From Nannocystis bainbridge (lineage in GTDB: Bacteria; Myxococcota_A; Polyangia; Nannocystales; Nannocystaceae), in the NCBI RefSeq assembly GCF_028368995.1, contig NZ_JAQNDL010000003.1, positions 2,969,752-3,033,751 of the forward strand: a stretch of 64,000 nt of DNA, given 5' to 3'. The translations under genes and the position numbers were made by a program. The notes under the pieces are model-generated. The model made no database searches. It was not told where the DNA came from and was given only the letters and a program-made list of their open reading frames with translations. Below are positions 61,242 to 64,000 of the stretch, piece by piece. Position 1 is the first letter of the stretch, and every line of letters starts with the position of its first letter.

Positions 61242-62882
61242 TCATGTCCCGGCGGGCAGGCTCGGCGCGAGCAGGGACAGGGCGCGGGCCGGTCCGATCG
61301 CGGTGATCAGCGTGGTCAGCTTGGGGCCCTTGTCGCGGCCGATGAGCAGGTCGTAGACGACCGGGAGGAAGGTCTTGTTGTCGAGGCCGGTGCCCTCGCA
61401 CAGCGTCTTCATGGTCGGGACCAACTCGTCCTCGCGGATCTCTTCGCGGCCGCGCAGCGGGGCGAGCAGGCGGGCGAGGCAGGTGGCCTCGTCGGCGGAC
61501 AGCTCGCGCAGCTTAGGCTCGCGGCGCAGCTGGTAGCGGAACTCGTCGGGGCCCCACTCGGCGATCCAGTTCCACACGCAGCGGGCGCGCTGGCGGGTCA
61601 GGCGGCGCGACTCGTCGCCGTTGATCTGGCCCGCCTCGGCGTAGTAGGCGACGGTCTTGTCGAGGTCGCCCTCGAAGATCTGCAGCGTCATGCTGAGGTG
61701 GCGGAAGCCGGGCACGAACGGCAGGACGTCGCCCTCGCCGATCCGGCGGTGGTCGACGCTGGCCAGCTGCATGGTGCGCTGGGCGACGAGGCGCGCCTGG
61801 GCGTCCTTGGCCGGCTCGACGCCGTAGGCGATCCGGCGCGTGCGGTCGAAGTTCTCGTAGAGGGTGATGACGTCGAGGTCGAAGCTGATCTGGAACTCGG
61901 TGTTGGGGCGGAACGAGACGAACATCCAGCGCAGGACCTCGGGCTCGTAGATCTCGAGGCAGTCGGAGACGGTGACGACGTCGCCCTTGCTGCTCGAGAT
62001 CTTGCCGGCGCGGCCCTTGATCCGCACGAAGTCGTAGCCGACGTACTCGGGGGCCTGCCAGCCGTAGACGACGCGGACGATGTCCTTGGCGGTGTCGAAG
62101 CTGCCGCCGGCGGTGCTGTGGTCCTTGCCGCCGGGCTCGAAGCAGACGCGCTCGTGGGCCCAGCGCATCGGCCAGTCGATGCGCCACGGGAGCTTGAGGT
62201 TGCCGCCCTGGCGCAGGTCGACGTCGGCGGCGTGCTTGCACGCGCTGCAGTCGTAATGAACGGTCCACTCGTCCTGGACGGCGAAGGCGAGGGTGTCGCG
62301 GCCGCAGTTGTCGCAGAAGCCGGACAGCGGCAGCCAGCCGTCCTCGAGGCGGGTGTTGGCGGTGGTCTTGTCGCGCACGCTGTTGAGGACGGCGCGGATG
62401 TCGGCGGCGTGCTTGAGGGCGAGGCGGATGCCCTCGGCGTAGGCGCCGGCGCGGTAGCGCTGCGACTGACGGATGAACTCGGGCTGGATGCCGAGCGGGG
62501 CGAGGCTCTTCTCGAAGGCGGCGATGTTGTGCCCGGCGTAGCTGTCGTGCTCACCGTAGGGGTCGGGCACGGCGCTGATGCTGCGGCGCAGGTTGTCGTT
62601 CAACATGTCGCGCTGCGGCATGTCGGCCGGGACCTTGCGCAGGACGTCGAAGTCGTCCCACGAGTAGATGAAGCGGACGTCGGCGCCGCGGTCGCGCAGG
62701 GCCCGAGCGACGAGGTCGACGGTGATGACCTCGCGGAAGTTGCCGACGTGGACGACGCCCGAAGGCGTGATGCCGGCGGCGACGGTGACGACCTTGGCGT
62801 CCGCGTGCGCGGCAAGAGTCTTGGCGGCGGCCGCGTCGGCCCAGTGATTGAGGTACGGATCTTGACCCGCTGCGGGCTCCAT
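61242..62882 (-). CDS. lysK: Class I lysyl-tRNA synthetase, mirrored duplicate with intact frame
   Basis: Same sequence as 57961-59602. Confidence 0.85.
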   Translation of the reverse strand: MEPAAGQDPYLNHWADAAAAKTLAAHADAKVVTVAAGITPSGVVHVGNFREVITVDLVARALRDRGADVRFIYSWDDFDVLRKVPADMPQRDMLNDNLRRSISAVPDPYGEHDSYAGHNIAAFEKSLAPLGIQPEFIRQSQRYRAGAYAEGIRLALKHAADIRAVLNSVRDKTTANTRLEDGWLPLSGFCDNCGRDTLAFAVQDEWTVHYDCSACKHAADVDLRQGGNLKLPWRIDWPMRWAHERVCFEPGGKDHSTAGGSFDTAKDIVRVVYGWQAPEYVGYDFVRIKGRAGKISSSKGDVVTVSDCLEIYEPEVLRWMFVSFRPNTEFQISFDLDVITLYENFDRTRRIAYGVEPAKDAQARLVAQRTMQLASVDHRRIGEGDVLPFVPGFRHLSMTLQIFEGDLDKTVAYYAEAGQINGDESRRLTRQRARCVWNWIAEWGPDEFRYQLRREPKLRELSADEATCLARLLAPLRGREEIREDELVPTMKTLCEGTGLDNKTFLPVVYDLLIGRDKGPKLTTLITAIGPARALSLLAPSLPAGT

Positions 62883-63084
62883 GGCCGAAAGGTTGTCGCA
62901 GATGCGCGACGCGGCGAGAAGCCCCGCGCTCACGAGCGCTGGTGACTTTGCAGCGGCAAGCAGCGACGACGCAGGCGCGGAGCGCAGGGCCCGGCGCCCG
63001 TCCAGGCCCGGCGCCATGCGCCGCGGATGAGGCGGCGCGGCGGCGGTCGTGATGGGCAGCGGTGAGGCACCGCTGCCGTCGGGC

Positions 63085-63919
63085 TCATTTCGCGGCGGCC
63101 GGGGCGGGGCCGCAGTTGGCCTCGTCCTGGAGCGCGTTGGCCGCGTCGATCAAGGGCTGGCCGGCGCCCTTGGTGGTGTAGATCTTGGCGGCCTCGGCGA
63201 TCAGGCGGCACGCCTCGGGGTGTTCTTCTTGTCCTTGTAGCGGACGACGGCGGCCTGGCCCTCGAGCGCGCGGGCGCCGAGGAGCTCGTTGCCCGGCTGC
63301 TTCTCGACCAGGCGCTGGGCCTTGACGAAGGTCGAGGCGGCCGAGTCGAGCTCGCCGGGGTTGACGATCGCGTTGTCCTCGCCGCCGAAGGCGAGGTTGA
63401 TCTTGGTGTTGCCGTACATGACGAGGGCGAGGCCGGCGTTGGGGCCGTCCTTCTGGAGGTTGTAAGCCTCCTCGAAGTCGGCGGCGGCGCCGGCGAAGTC
63501 CTCGGTCTTGAGCTTGTAAGCGCCCTGAGCCAGCTTGGCGGCGATCTTCACCTCGGGGTCGCCGGTCTGCTCGGCCATCGCCTGGGCGTGGTCGGCGGGC
63601 TCCTTGGCGTTCTCGACGACGTCTTCGGCGAGCGCGAGCGACAACCATGCAGCGCCGAGGCCGGAGGCGCGGGCCTTCTCCTTCGACTTGAGGTCGTCGA
63701 CGAGCGGCTTCATGGTCTCGATGACCTGGCCGTACTGGCCGGCGATGTACTTGGCGCGGGCCTCGGCGATCGCGGGGGGTCGGGCTCGGTGGTGACGGGC
63801 GCCGGCTTGTCGGCGTCGGTGGTGGCGGGCTTGTCGTCGGACGGCTTGTCGGTGTCCGCGGACTTCTTGCAAGCCGCGGTCAGGCTGAACGCGGCGAGGC
63901 AGACGAGGATGCGCTTCAT
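63085..63919 (-). pseudogene. Mirrored duplicate of the TPR lipoprotein gene with indels
   Basis: Reverse complement of 56922-57758 with frameshifts near 63220 and 63780. Confidence 0.8.
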
Positions 63920-64000
63920 TCGGTGGTCTCCTGCGGGGCCTGGGCGGGGGAGGCTGGGAGGATAACGCCTCGGCGGCGGCGGGCACGGGAGTTTCTGCCG

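Larger units (their letters stand above)
56840..64000. repeat. Large inverted repeat with arms of at least 3.5 kb, folded at 60429/60430 (probable artefact)
   Basis: 60430-64000 is the reverse complement of 56840-60429 apart from scattered indels; mirrored ORF coordinates sum to about 120843. Confidence 0.97.

Overview
Very GC-rich chromosomal DNA whose gene content points to a myxobacterium, most likely Nannocystis-like (inference from Thr-rich/Cys-rich lipoproteins, REC-DUF4388 and roadblock proteins, FHA-GGDEF). It holds about 50 genes, including rsmB, ltaE, cysE, dapD, grxD, ispA/xseB, fur, class I lysK and the tmRNA gene. Main observations: (1) a 14-bp palindromic unit, consensus TGYYC-N4-GRRCA, forms head-to-tail arrays with strict 14-bp phase at about 30 sites. 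Arrays lie mostly between convergent genes, but units also occur inside coding sequences. (2) A seven-gene divergent cluster encodes four ATP-grasp ligases, two serine hydrolases and an S51-like peptidase. (3) A tandemly duplicated cassette pairs a lipoprotein with a collagen fibre protein; the two fibres share a base but differ in stalk length and in their lectin-like tips. (4) The last 7.2 kb is one inverted repeat folded at 60429/60430 inside a gene, most likely a long-read or amplification artefact. All family assignments come from reading motifs by eye; no database searches were run.
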